NCBI RefSeq assembly: GCF_006345805.1
Contig: NC_043015.1
Span: 52,514,001-52,578,000, forward strand
From: Octopus sinensis
Lineage: Eukaryota
DNA length: 64,000 bases
Direction of reading: 5' to 3'
The position numbers were made by a program, and so were the translations under genes. Every line of letters begins with the position of its first letter. Position 1 is the first letter of the stretch. Below the pieces are notes generated by a model. It was given only the letters and a program-made list of their open reading frames with translations, made no database searches and was not told the DNA's origin. Shown piece after piece: positions 13,777 to 26,674 of the stretch.

Positions 13777-13990
13777 TTAAATCCTTTAGCATTCAGATTA
13801 CTCTGTCAAATGTTATGCTTCTTTATTCACACTGTTTTGAATTAATCATGCATTATCTCATAGCTTTGAGATTTCAAAGATGTGATTGTTTATCTTAAGA
13901 ATGATATTGTAGGGTAGGTGTGAGAGGCCAAATCTAGCCAATTTGAACAGAAAACAGGCAGAATATGATGCGGCCAGTTTAAATACTATC
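13777..13990. mobile_element. MITE family 1 copy
   Basis: Aligns by eye along its length with 27629-27856. Confidence 0.75.
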
Positions 13991-16173
13991 TGTCATGCTA
14001 TCATTGAAGTCCTAAATCTTGAAAGATGCAAGTACCAGAGTAGCTGAAGGATGGTCAGAATAACTTAAGTGATTGCTTTGCTAAAATACCAATTCCCAAT
14101 AAATGAGCCAATAAGAGAAGCCTCTCTGTAGCCATTCAACCTGCTAGATATAACAGTCAAATCTCTCTTCAAGAACAACAGTGTCAAAAGAGAAAAAGAA
14201 AGATGATTTGGGACTAAACAACAACACTAGTCATTTAATCTACTAGAAATAAGTCAAATCTCCCTCAAATCACTTCCTACCATCTTTAAAAACTGGAAGG
14301 ACATATTGCATAATGTAATTCAAGAAATGATATCTGAAAACCAAAACATAGGATGGAATGTTTTAGATGATAAGACAACTTGATCAGAAATGATCTAAAT
14401 AAGCCAGCAATGGGAGTGCTGAAATATAGTGACATTTATGCACAGAAACAAAAATTTTCAAATCTCAAAGAGGACATGTGTTTCAGTAGGAATAACACCA
14501 ACTCAAAACCTCCATGGATAATTTGCTAAAAGCATCAACGCAAAGTGACTCATAATTGCTGTGAACTGCATGGCAACCTCATTAATGCTGGGAGTATGAA
14601 AAATCACTCAGTACATACTGTAAAGTGGGTGGCATTAGGAAAGCATTCAAATGAAGAAACCACAACAAACTGGAGCTGGATCTTGTCAGACCATCTAACC
14701 CATGCCAGTATAGAACATGGCAGTTAAATCATGATGAGGAAGAGGACTATGAAATAAATTTATATATAAAAATGAATGTGTAAATGCCTCTAGTCATAAG
14801 CAACAAGTTTGTACGTAGGGAGCTGAAATTTGACATAAGGACACAACTTTTCAAGAAGATTATAGGATATATGACTTAGAAAATAGAAAAACAACTCCTT
14901 TTAGGTTTCCCAGAAATTTCTTTTTTTAAATGTAAAATTTTATTTTAGGTTGCATACTTTTTTGTGTGTGTGTGTGTGTGTGTGCATGTGCATTCTTTTT
15001 TAGGCTGAAACTATCTCCTGGATTCTATGGATGCAAAACTTATGAATGAATCAACATTCTTGGACAACCCTAATATCATCACTAATTTTATTTATTGCGA
15101 TTAACCCCAAGTATGAATTCTTATTATATTCTAAACATCAATAAATTCAAGCAGAGTACTACTAATATTTATTTTTGTCTTGCTGCAACATTATGCCCTA
15201 CAGGCACATCAAAGGGCCCGTTTTTTTTTTTAAACTTTTGTAGCTAGGAATGAAGATTAAATTGTCTAGTTTTGCCATCTTTATAGCTCATTAGGACATA
15301 CTTATCTTTCCAATGTAAATCACTGAATGTTACTAGCCAACACTACTTATAAGTAAAATTCATTTATCAATATCTATAATATCATTATAAATGAGTAATA
15401 ATCAGGTGTCTATCTTTTACTTTTACTTGTTTCAGTCATTAAACTGTGGCCATGCTGGGGCACTGCCTTGAAGAATTTTTCAGTCAAATGAATCAACCCC
15501 AGTACTTTTCCTTTTTTTCGTTCCTTTTGCTGAACTGCTAAGTTACAGGGATATAAACACACCATCACCAGTTGTCAAAGTTGTGAAATGGCCTTAAAAT
15601 ATATATTGTTTTGAGTCCTCTTTTAGTTTTACAGTCATAGGCTCAGGGACATCCTGGGGTATCATGACTTTAAAAGGTTTTAGTTGATTATATTAGCCCC
15701 AACATTAACGTTTTAAACCTGATATTTAATTCCTATTTTATTTGTTCATCTTTTAAGTTACACAGCATAGAGTGCTGTTTTTCAAGCAGTGTCAGCATTT
15801 GTTCTTGAGCAAAACACTTCATTTCACACAGCTCCAAGTCCGCTCAACTGTAAATGCGTAAATCTGAGACGGACTAGTGTTCCATTCAAGAGGAATGTTG
15901 GCCTACTTGCATAGTCAGCAGGATGGAATCATTCAAAATTTGTAAGATAACACAAGTATAACAGTTGATAGTATGATCCATATAATGATGTACGGATGAA
16001 AGAGAGAGAGAATTATGCGTGTACACACATACATATCCCATTAGTGCACATGTGAAATTTAGTAATGGTTGAGGGTCTCATAAAATGAGTTATTCCTAAT
16101 TTTGTTAAACACAAGTATGATTAATATAATGAATTACACAATAGTTTCATAATTTTTATAAAATTTTTATCTC

Positions 16174-16395
16174 TTAACCCTTTCGTTACTGCATTTATTT
16201 TGAGATACTCTATGTTCCTTTCAGTTACTATAAATATAGCAAAGAATTTAGTAAAATAACTTAGTTATTATCAGTCAGCTAGTGTTAGGAACATAAATTG
16301 TGACTAAGGTTTGGTGGAAAATTTTAATTCAAAACTTAACACAAGACATTTGTACTCAGAGCTGGTTTCAGCTGGGTTGGTAAGGAAAGGGTTAA
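16174..16395. mobile_element. TTAA-flanked MITE family 2
   Basis: TTAACCCTTTCGTTAC / GTAAGGAAAGGGTTAA 16-bp TIR with 1 mismatch; 222 bp. Confidence 0.7.
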
Positions 16396-17390
16396 ACAGT
16401 TTATTTCTTTTTTTAAACTTTGCATACAAAGTGCTAAATTCAACCTCAGTTGGCTAAAATTACAATCTGGGAAGACATACAGAACTAATAACTTCCAATT
16501 ATGAACTTAGAACAAGCCTGAGTAAAACACTAGTGGATACCAAAGTGTTAAATTGAGAGTAAGTAGAGAGTAACTAAGAAACTGCTATTTATCAACTTCA
16601 TCAGCTTAAACTATTTATTAAAAGATGAACTGCAACTAAAATTACACAACCAACAAAATTAGAATGTAAAGAAGTTGGTATTAGGACTAAACTATTCAAA
16701 TAAGTTTGGAATAGCATGGTGTTTTAGAAACTCATTATTAGAATAATGTGCTTATTCAGACAGAAGACAAAAGATACTTCAGAGGATAAAATAATTTTTC
16801 CTATCCTATTCTATCATATATATATATGTATATACATAGATACACGTAAGCACCAAGCCATACATATGAACATATACATAGGCACATATACACAGTAAAC
16901 TTGCACACACACATGCATATTCATCGAAGTTTTGATCAGTTTTTGCTTTTTTTTACTTAGGAAATTAGACAAATCAAACAAACAAAAAACAAAATTGAAA
17001 ATACAAAACAAGGAGAAAAGGGAAAATAAATGACAGAAAATATTTTGATAAATTTATAAGAACAACAAAAATACAATAAATTTATAAGAAAAAATACCCC
17101 ATTTCTATCATCCATCCCACCACTTGAAAAAATAAAGGGAGAAGCCCCCCACTTCTTTCCCTGAACCCCCTTCCAGCGAACTGACATACCATTACAACAT
17201 CAATTACAAAAAACAACATAAAAACAAAACCAAACAAAAAGTGTTAAGTTTGGTGATTAATTAATTAAAAAAAGGGTTAGGGGGAATAATGGTAGAGGAG
17301 TAGGGGCTTTTTTCTTTTCTTTTTTTTTGCTTTTCTTAAGGTATTAAAAAAAAAGAGGAGGAGGTGACAAGTTAATAGAAGATTACTTAC

Positions 17391-17426
17391 AAGTGAAATA
17401 AGGTTCATTCAGCTTGGTTGAAGAAT
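17391..17426 (-). CDS. mbl: Probable 36-nt muscleblind cassette exon
   Basis: Strong acceptor ccccttttttctctccttctaatcaacag|, strong donor ACTT|gtaagt; 36 nt, phase 1/1, open (Y)SSTKLNEPYFT. Fits the phase-1 donor at 28361. No protein homology recognised. Confidence 0.6.
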
Positions 17427-17720
17427 CTGTTGATTAGAAGGAGAGAAAAAGGGGCAAACGTGTAGTGAGTGAGTGAGAAACAACAACAACAATGTAATGT
17501 TATAAAACAAATAAACCAAAACAAAAATAAAAGGAAAAAAAAGAAAATTGTTGCTAGAGCCACAAAGCAAAATGTGGAATCATCATCATCATTCATTTAG
17601 TTTTTGCATGATAAGAAATGTCAACAGCACAAAGCATTTTCAGCAATGCTTTATGTTCTACTATTTACTACCTCCTTTAATAATAATCATAATAATAATA
17701 ATAATAATATTAATAATAAT

Positions 17721-18250
17721 GCTCTGATGCAGTAGCAGGCAGTGGCTCTCATGGCTTCTGATCTTATCTGATTGGAAGTGTTATCATGTACATTGTTTTG
17801 TCTTGGTATAAAAGACAGGCTATTACAGCAAATATTCTGCTCTATACCACAGATTTGCTTGTCAGTTGTTTGACCGTAACCAGTTGACCATGTCCCTTAG
17901 TGGCTGACAATATGTGCATCTCTGATCCCAAGCAGGAGTAGTTGGGGAGCATCATAGCCATGTGTTGAGAGAAATTCTTTGGAGTTTGGATAATTCACCT
18001 TTGAAAACATGGGTGTTTTGCTCAACATCCTTAAACAATCCTTTTTGAGCAGGATAACTACTCGACCTGAAGAAAATTCTAACTGAGCCCTACCTGCAAG
18101 GTCATGTGCTGTTTATCTTAACATACGATCACCATGTTGTGCATATGCCTGGTGTACCCTAATCAGACAGGTAGTCATGATGGGTATGTTGGGCTTTGTA
18201 TATTTTACCCCAGTGTCACTTAGATGTCATGCACTGCTCCCTCACTCAAT
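17721..18250 (+). repeat. ~530-bp interspersed repeat flanked by (TAA)n; other copies at 7760-8090(+) and 58573-58890(inverted)
   Basis: Near-identical blocks gc.ctgatg.agta.caggcagt.gctct.atggctt...cttggtataaaaga...ggaaacatgggtgttt in three places. Confidence 0.8.
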
Positions 18251-18269
18251 AATGATAGTTTCAAATTTT

Positions 18270-18463
18270 GGCACAAGGCCAGCAACTTCAGGAGTTAAGT
18301 TGATTACATCAACCCCAGTACTTCACTGGTACTTAATTTATTGAACCCAAAAGGATGAAAGGCAAAGTCAACCTCGGTGAAATTTGAACTCAGAACGTAG
18401 TGATAGGCGAAATACAGCCAAGCATTTTGTCCAGGGTCCTATCGATTCTGCCAGCTCGCCACC
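18270..18463 (-). mobile_element. tRNA-SINE full copy
   Basis: Full consensus from ggcacaagg to ctgccagctcgcc. Confidence 0.8.
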
Positions 18464-19003
18464 AATAATGATGATGATGAATGTAATAATCTTAGATTAG
18501 AGTGCAATGGAAGCAATAACAATTAGAGCAAAGAGTTAAAAGATTTAATCCATGGATTTGCATCCCTGTTGTTTGTATGTGTGTGTGCATTATGGAAACT
18601 ACTAATCCTTCAAAAAGTGAATGGCATCACTACATGCACTTTATTTTCATGATATTACTGTTAGGAAAGGGTTGAAAACTTGGATGAGAAGTGCCCTAGC
18701 TAATAACCAAGGAATACAGGAAAAAGGGACATGTATACTGGGTGATACACCTGGTCTCTCTAAACAAACATCTTTATGCCCTGCTTATGGACCAAAGCTT
18801 GTCTTACAGAGTATTCTACAATTGTCTTAGATATTTTGCAAACAACTTGTATATGCAAGTGCTACCAGTTGAGAGGTCTGCATACCAGAAGCCAGCAAGT
18901 GTATGGGGTTACCAGGAGAGAATGCATTCCGTTTCAGGGCCTACCTCTCGATGGTATCAATGCGCATGGCTCCCCTTACTGATATGAGGCCCCACTTGCT
19001 AGA

Positions 19004-19276
19004 TCAACTGGTTATCAAATAAAGCTTAATATTTTCAAACCATCGCTCATCGTCTCTTTTTAACCAAATCCAGTGGCTAGCTTTTTCCACTGTAGTTTGG
19101 ATATCGGTCATGGTGGTATTTACTTTACAATGAGTTAGGCCTAAGGATAACAACAATTGCCTCACACTGTGTCCAACAAACCCTCTACATCTGACTTCGA
19201 ATGGAAAATGCTCTGCTTTCCAGCCTGCATCTTCACATTCCTTGAGGAGGTTTACATAATGGTCAATCTTTTTGTT
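19004..19276 (-). mobile_element. 3' end of RLE-type non-LTR retrotransposon ORF (HERO/R2-superfamily-like); its 3' UTR probably extends toward ~18600
   Basis: Open 90-codon frame NKKIDHYVNLLKECEDAGWKAEHFPFEVRCRGFVGHSVRQLLLSLG...VEKASHWIWLKRDDERW...*. The Y..L...C...GW....P.EV.CRGF and EKAS.WIWLKR motifs are typical of HERO-like restriction-like endonuclease C-termini. Confidence 0.8.
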
Positions 19277-20539
19277 AGCAAAAGAATTATATAAGATTAC
19301 GAGAGTACAGTGAACATGTGTATTTACTATTTATTGTATAAGATGGTGGAAAGTGTGAAACATGTATACGATTGAAAAGTAACCTCTTGAAATGAAAGAT
19401 AACAATTTTCAAACTCCTGAAGTTACTATAATCAACTATGTCATCAATAAACACCAGCGCTCCTATGTTATGTCATCAACAAGATTCAAACCTCCTGTGT
19501 GAAAAGATAATCTTGCAAAGGTCACTGATAAATTTATTATCCAGTTTGAAAGATATCTTTAGCTGTATGAAACCAGATGAGAATGATAAAATGGATTCAT
19601 TTCAATTAAGTCTGGTAGATACAGCAGCCAATTACTATAATGAAATGGAGCAGCTTGAAATAACAAAAGGGCAAACTAACGATGGTATTATATATTATTC
19701 AAGATTAAAACATTTCATTGCAACTAAATTAAATAGCAGCAAAAATGTATTCAGGGAACAAATAAGAACATAGTCACTGAAGTAACAGCCTGCTGGAGAA
19801 ACCTATTACTGATGAATATCAGGATATTATAAATCAGCTACATTATGAGGCCAATAGAAATGTATCTTGCTAAAGACTTGAGTAACTGATTAAGAGGCAG
19901 TTTTGCTATAGCTCTGCCTTATCCTATAAGACAGGGAAAACCGTTACACATTAAAGTTGGCTGTTTCTGTAGTCCTGGTGAAAGAGTCAGCCAGTGTTAT
20001 GACTAGTATTATGGACAATGCTGATATGAATTACTACATCCCTATGGTACTGAAGTTTGGAAATCAATTTCCATTTCGGCTAAAATTTGATTTTGGTGAG
20101 AATCAAGAAGATTAAAGAACTAAGATACCATGGCACAGGTGTGTCGAAAACATTTTGTAAAGGTGTGTAGAAAATGAAATAGTATTATCAGCAGCACCAT
20201 GCTGTCAAACACCTCACCAGGTTCTGTAAATAGGCACAATCAATAGTGGCTTACTGTAAGCGCAAGTCAATTGCCTTTAATTTGTAAAAATAATGTATAA
20301 AAAGTTGGTATTAAAATTATGGCCCATATCAAATCAAGAACTTTTAAGGGAATGAAGTTTAAAATAATTAGGAAAATAACTGTAAACACCAATGTAAACA
20401 ATTACTACCTAGACAATGAAGTTTTGTTGACTACAGAATATCTATGCAATGAAAAGGTAGAGTCAGTAAAGAATCAGAATTCAAATTGTATTAATAATGT
20501 TTTCTGCTGTGTCTAATCCATGGTGATACTCATTGCCCT

Positions 20540-20870
20540 CATCACCATTATTTTTACTGCCTTTCCATGTTGGTATGGGTTAGATAGTTCACTTTCAACA
20601 AAACATCTCCCCTACATTTGTTACTATGTCACAGTGAGACACAGCATACTGAGATCATCCTCCACATCTACCTGTATCTTTTCTACTCTTCCTGTTCTGT
20701 TGGTTCCATTTCCTTGCATTGTCCTTCACCCAACAACTATTCTTTACATGCATCTCATGCTCATAGCTTTCCAGCCTTCTGTCTCACACACTGTAGTGGA
20801 TACTTTTATTAATGTCCAGTTTTTCTCTCGTCATCCAACTTTGTCCTTCATGCAAGCTGACTGCTTTCAA
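20540..20870 (-). mobile_element. Highly decayed RTE-clade LINE 3' end
   Basis: Minus-strand remnant REKLDI...DRRL...KNSCWVK, plus the shared RTE-like tail ccatgttggtatgggttag. Confidence 0.45.
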
Positions 20871-21030
20871 TAACCCCATCTACCACCAAACATTATTAGT
20901 TAAGGCGTGGTGTGTGTGTATGTGCCTGGATCCTTATTTATAGGTACTCCTCCCATCCCTGATAGGTTAGGAAACGTTATGTTCTATTTTAGTTGGGTCT
21001 CTATGGCTGGATGCCCTTTCTAAAACTAAC

Positions 21031-21094
<64 letters not shown>

Positions 21095-21989
21095 TCTTTA
21101 GATGGTTTAAGTCATAGAACTTCAGCCATGCTGGTTGATGCATATAATATATAAAATTAATTTAGCCATGCATGTGTTACTTTGTAAAAGCTTTTTTTAA
21201 AAAAGTGAAGCATAAATAATGCATTTGAGAATGAGACAGAAAATATAATTACAACATACAAACGAAAAAAAAAGGACACCCTGCTGCCCACAAATGTTTA
21301 GGATAAAGAATAAAGTGTATTGAGAATAGAACACAGAAATATGTACAAAGGATAGATGGTAGTACAAAGAGAAACAGAGAAAGGAAGAATGAGAAGTTGT
21401 AGAGAGAGAGAGAGAACCTAAGGTAAATATGAAAATATAGAGAAATCAGTACTACAATAACAGAGCCAGCACGCGAACCATTATTGGTAGGGAGCTGAGA
21501 ATGGAGGTGGGGGATGTGGATGATAATGATGGGTGTAGGGTGAAGGGGAAGAGAGCAAAAAACAATTTTAACATTGGTTTAGGGGTTAAAAACAATTATT
21601 TGGGAACAATTACATTTGTTACTATTGTAGTGAGGGATGTTAGTGGTATTGCTTTCGTTGCTGGTGGCATAGTTGTTGTGGTTGTTGTTGTCGTTGCTGT
21701 GCAGCCTCACATGTATCAAGCAATCTTATGACATGCAGTTTAATCAGTTGAATGATGAGGTACAGCTCACAGACCCTGCCTTCCATCAAGCTGAGCACTA
21801 TACCACATACTTGGCATTGACCATTTCTGTATGCCTACAGATGCTACTGGAGGCCACAATGTCAGGCAAACAGGAACCAGACAAGATGGGAGTCAAAACT
21901 ATTGAAAAGGTTGCAAGATGCAACGAAAATTTTAGGACAATAAAATTTGAAAAAAGTGGAAATTTTACCGGTGAGTGTGTTATATAATA

Positions 21990-22560
21990 AGGCACAAAGC
22001 CATGTTGTGACTTGGAGATAGGAATTTGTAGGCTGATGAGGTCAAGGATTTACCCATCAAACATTTTTGATGGTGTGCTTAGGAGGATCAGGGGTCTGTA
22101 TGCCACTACTTCACTTGGGTTGTTGTTGTTGCTGGACTTTAGAACCGTGATAGTTTTGACCAGCTTCCAAATTATAGGAATTTAACAGTGTAGGCACAAG
22201 TTATTGTAAACATTCACAGTGCAGTGATTCCTTCAAACCACAAGGTATTTCAGGCATATATTTGTCATTTTGTCAGACCCTGAGGCTTTTATGCTTCTAA
22301 ATTTCACAATTGCTTATTGGGCATCTGATAGAAGGAACAAGCTAAAGCCATAGTCTCTGTGAATGGTGCCTATTTTTCCTATTGTGTTTCAGCAGTTTTC
22401 ATGAAATGTCTACTCAGAGCATATACCTGGCGTTGCCATATGGCAATATCATTTGAGGCTATTATTGTGACATGGAATGTGTAGTGACCATTGTTGCTGC
22501 TGATACTGCAGCTAAGTACATAGGGTTTTACTGTTAGTTTTGTGCTTAATCTTAGATACA
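21990..22560 (-). mobile_element. Decayed LINE reverse-transcriptase fragment (I/Jockey-group-like)
   Basis: IPIIWKLVKTITVLKSSNNNNPSEVVAYRPLILLSTPSKMFD at ~22180-22050, matching the RT motif WKxAxIIPILK...YRPISLLSxxSK. Confidence 0.65.
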
Positions 22561-23396
22561 AACATTTGCCAGTTTTCGGTTTTCCTATGTCTGTTTTTGT
22601 TATTATTTCCCTGTTTAGTTTGTTTGATGTTGAGTTTTATTTCAGTTATGTGTAGTTATGGTGTATTGTGTTTCAGGTTGTCTCTGGTTTTTATGAGGTT
22701 GGCTATTCCTGATATGTAATTGGGGTTGTATGTATTTTTTGTAGCTTTGTGGGATACAGATTCTTTTTCTTTTTTTTTTTATATAGAAGTGTCTATAATT
22801 ATTATGTTGAATGCAATGTACTGTGGTGTTGGTGTTGTCATTGTGCTGTTACTGAATTCTGAAAAGATTGATTCTCTTTCAGGTGACTTGACCTGTAAGA
22901 AATTGCAGCCAAATCTTCCAGAAACACTACCCTACTGTCTTCAAATTGGTTAACTATACAGGATAAACTAATACTTGAATATAATAATAGACCAGAACAG
23001 AATGAGATGGTTATGGTTAGAGAAAGCCAATTGAATGATGAGTACTTGATATGCAGAAATATTTATCATCAATGACGATGATGTTGAAGATGATGATGCT
23101 GCTGCTGATGACGATGACAATGATGATAATGAATGCAAGCGGTATGTGTGTGAATGTATGTGAGAGGAGTGATGTTAACGCAATGATGGTGGTGCATGAA
23201 TGATGTTGTGTAAGTTACTCTGTGTGTGTGTATGTGTGTGTGTGTGTGAGAGAGAGTGCATATATATGAATATGTTATAATTTGCATACATGCAAGTGTG
23301 TACATATATGTGTGTAACTGTGTATATGATTGTATTATCATTGTTAGCAATGTATATTCACATAATGTCCATAAGTAACTCTGCTCCTCTATTAAA

Positions 23397-23437
<41 letters not shown>

Positions 23438-24323
23438 ACTGTCTACATACACAAACATGTGTTATGCACATATGTGTTTGTGAGTATACATTATAAATCT
23501 ATATCACTGTCTGTATGCATAATCACATGCACAAACACACACAAATGTGTGTTTGCACAAACGTATTACGAATGTATAAATGACTAAATTTATAACTGTG
23601 TGTATGTGTACAAATAGATGTTTATATGAATGGATAGACGTGTGTGTGTGTGTGTGTGTATGCAAGTACACAATACAACAAGAATGTTACTGGAGAGTGA
23701 GGGAAGGAGGTGGTGGTGGTGGTGGTGAAGATGCGAGATACACAGAAAGAGCCTGTGACCGATGCCAATAAATAACTCGGTCATTGATGCAGTCAGCAGG
23801 AAATTGCAAAATTTATGGTTCAAATTCATCACCGATATACAATTTAGTTACAGAAATAAGTCACAATTACCTGGGGTTTGCTCTTTTGGCTGTATTGTTG
23901 TGTTTTTTTGTTTTTAATTGTGATCATAATTTTTTTTAATATATATATTTTCATCTTCTCTCCATCATTGTGATTATTATACCCTGTTCTCTCTTCCTTG
24001 ACTACATCACCCCCACCACCTGTCTGTTACACTTCCACACATTATTCTCTTTATTATTATTATTATTATTAATTATTGTTATTGATATTGTTGTTGTTGA
24101 AATAGTTAGGGATGTATTTTGCCTCACCTCACTCGATATTATGAATTAAAGAATTTATTTTTTATTAATTGAAATTATGTGGAAAAATATTTTATTTTTC
24201 AATGTGGAACTTCTTCACAGAGAGGTAAATATTGAATTGTTTGTTGAATTTTCCCTACACTCTGTTCAGAGGAAAAACAAAATGATTTTAATTTGTAGAA
24301 AGGAAATTTCTTTTTCCACTCAC

Positions 24324-24355
24324 TAACAAAGAACTGCACCATGTAAACACATTCC
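24324..24355 (-). other. Candidate 32-nt frame-shifting or alternative terminal exon of mbl
   Basis: Polypyrimidine tract gatttccttttcttattttttggtgcag| and donor-like TTA|gtgagt. Splice signals only. Confidence 0.28.
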
Positions 24356-25149
24356 CTGCACCAAAAAATAAGAAAAGGAAATCACTGATGACAGAAATGA
24401 GAAAAGCAAAATTAAGACTATCATCATCCTCATCACCACCACCACCACCACCATCCACACTAACGTAGAAGAAACAATGTGGTTGCTCAATATACTAGAA
24501 ACAGCAGCCAAATGCACTTCAAGTAACATCATGAGGGAAAATGAAGAGGGCACATAAGAATGTAGAAGCTCTAAAAAGACAAGTTGGATATGAAGGGGAT
24601 TCCTTTGGTTATAAGTTTTCTTGACTAGGGCTGACCTGGTGCTAAAATGATAACTATGCTTCTTATCATATCTAAAACAGTTCTTAATTTTTGACTTAAC
24701 ATCATAAACAACTTTGATGTTATCATCACCATCACAATCAGTAAAACTGGATTTCTGTCGTACTTAGTGTTACATCATGATCATTGTTCATATTGATGCT
24801 AACTACCACCATCATTTATAATCATTAAGTCAACAGAGGAACCTTTATGTGGTTGCTCAGGTTGCTAGAAATACCAGCCAAATTCCTTAACTGACACTAC
24901 TATTTCAAGTGAAGAACACATTGGATGATGTGGTCTTGGGTTCCATGCTCATAGGAAAAAGACAGGGTTGTCATGGCTGGAATGCCTTTTATTACAGGTC
25001 TGCTCAATCAGGTCAGACCAAGGGAGTAACACATGATATAAGCACAGCTATCCGATGAAGGATTTTCTATGCAGTTCTTCAGCTTGTGAAAAACAACAGT
25101 GGAAATATCCTTTAAAGCAAACCCTACCACTTTTGAACAGGAAAGAATG

Positions 25150-25281
25150 CTATGGAGAATGTGGTCCTTTACATGCAGGTATGATTGGTTCAATCCTACA
25201 GTGTGGCACCTTGGGCAAGTGCCTTTTACTATCAAAGCCTTGTGAGTGGACTTAGTAGATGGAAACTTAAAGAAGCCCATC

Positions 25282-25321
<40 letters not shown>

Positions 25322-25470
25322 TTGGCAACCAGTCTTGGTGTGTTTATGTCCCTATAACTTGGCAGTTCAACAAAAAAAGTACCAGGCTTGAAAAGCACTG
25401 AGGTCACTTCAGTCAACTAAATTCCTTCAAAGCAGTGCCTCAGCATGACCGGAGTACGTAAAAAGACAGA
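25150..25470 (+). mobile_element. Second tRNA-SINE family with internal (TG)n; further copies at ~5440-5580(+), ~15405-15590(-) and 26735-27117(-)
   Basis: ggttcaatcc...gtggcaccttgggcaagtg...aaagccttgtgagtgga...gaaactt.aaagaagccc + (TG)n + shared 3' half. Confidence 0.75.
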
Positions 25471-26674
25471 AGACTATGTATATAAACCAATCGCATGTCA
25501 TTACTGGAATGTCTTTGATCATGAGTCTGCTCAATCATGAGTGACCTGGGGCTACACACCACTAATAGTAACAACATAATCTTCAAAATCTAATTAAGTA
25601 AGAAGCTGCTGTTTAATCACTTGGTCTACTCTCCATATTGGTTCTCAGTTTAAAATAGTAATTCATGGTTCCACTATAGGAGATAAGATGTCATAGGATA
25701 GAATCTGACTGAGAATTCAAGCAGTTCAAAGACATTAAGTCTACAATAAATATTTTTGATTCAGTTCTGTGTAATGTATATAGATCACGTGTGTGCCATG
25801 AGTTTTGGGAATTGAAGGATACTGGAAAATAAAAGGATGATTTTAAAACCTCATGGGTTTTTTTTTAATATATCACACTAGCACATATGTTCCTTTGTGG
25901 CAAAGTGCAGCATCCATTTCTGTTTTATAAAATTTTAATACTGCTTTTTGTTTTTTTGTTGTTGTTTTTCATTTACTATAACTTTCAAAAAGCTGATGGT
26001 GTGCCATGACACTGTGTCTTTATACAGTGGATAAAAAAAGATTAATACTACCACCACCACCACACCACCACCACCACCACTACTACTACTTTTTGTAGAT
26101 AAGACAGGTAAATAGTAAACTATGAGAAGAGGCTACAAACACACCCACACATTTGGATGAACAGAAAGAAAAAGTACTCAATATATGAAGGAAGGTTTCT
26201 TTAGTTGTTGAAGCTCATGATACACTGTTACAACTAAGAGTTTCTCATTAGATGCAATTCTTCAGGTAAAAAAACAATAGACAGACACACTAACAAGCAG
26301 GGATAAGAAGGTAGTTTTTAAATGGTTGAATGATCTGCTAAAAATAATAGCAAAATCTCCTTTAAATCATGTACTTTTGTGGCAGGAGGGGTGAAAAAAC
26401 AACATATATAATGCAAGTGAGTAAAACTGTATCTGGAAGAAAAAAATATATGGGATGACCATGGATAGAATGTCTTTGTTTATAGGTTTCCTCAATAAGA
26501 TTGTCATAGATCTAAAAAAACAGCAACAAAAATGAATTAAAAAGTAACTTACAAGTAAAATACGGTTGAATTTCATTCAGCTTTGTGGATGAATCTGGAT
26601 TTAAAAAGAGGAAAATGAAACAGAGATGTGTTAATAGAGCAACTGGTGGTTATGCATATCAAGAAATAAAGCGT

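Noticed and set aside
23865-23895. Donor-like CCAG|gtaatt at 23871
   Set aside because: The nearest upstream AG is preceded by A-rich sequence with no polypyrimidine tract.
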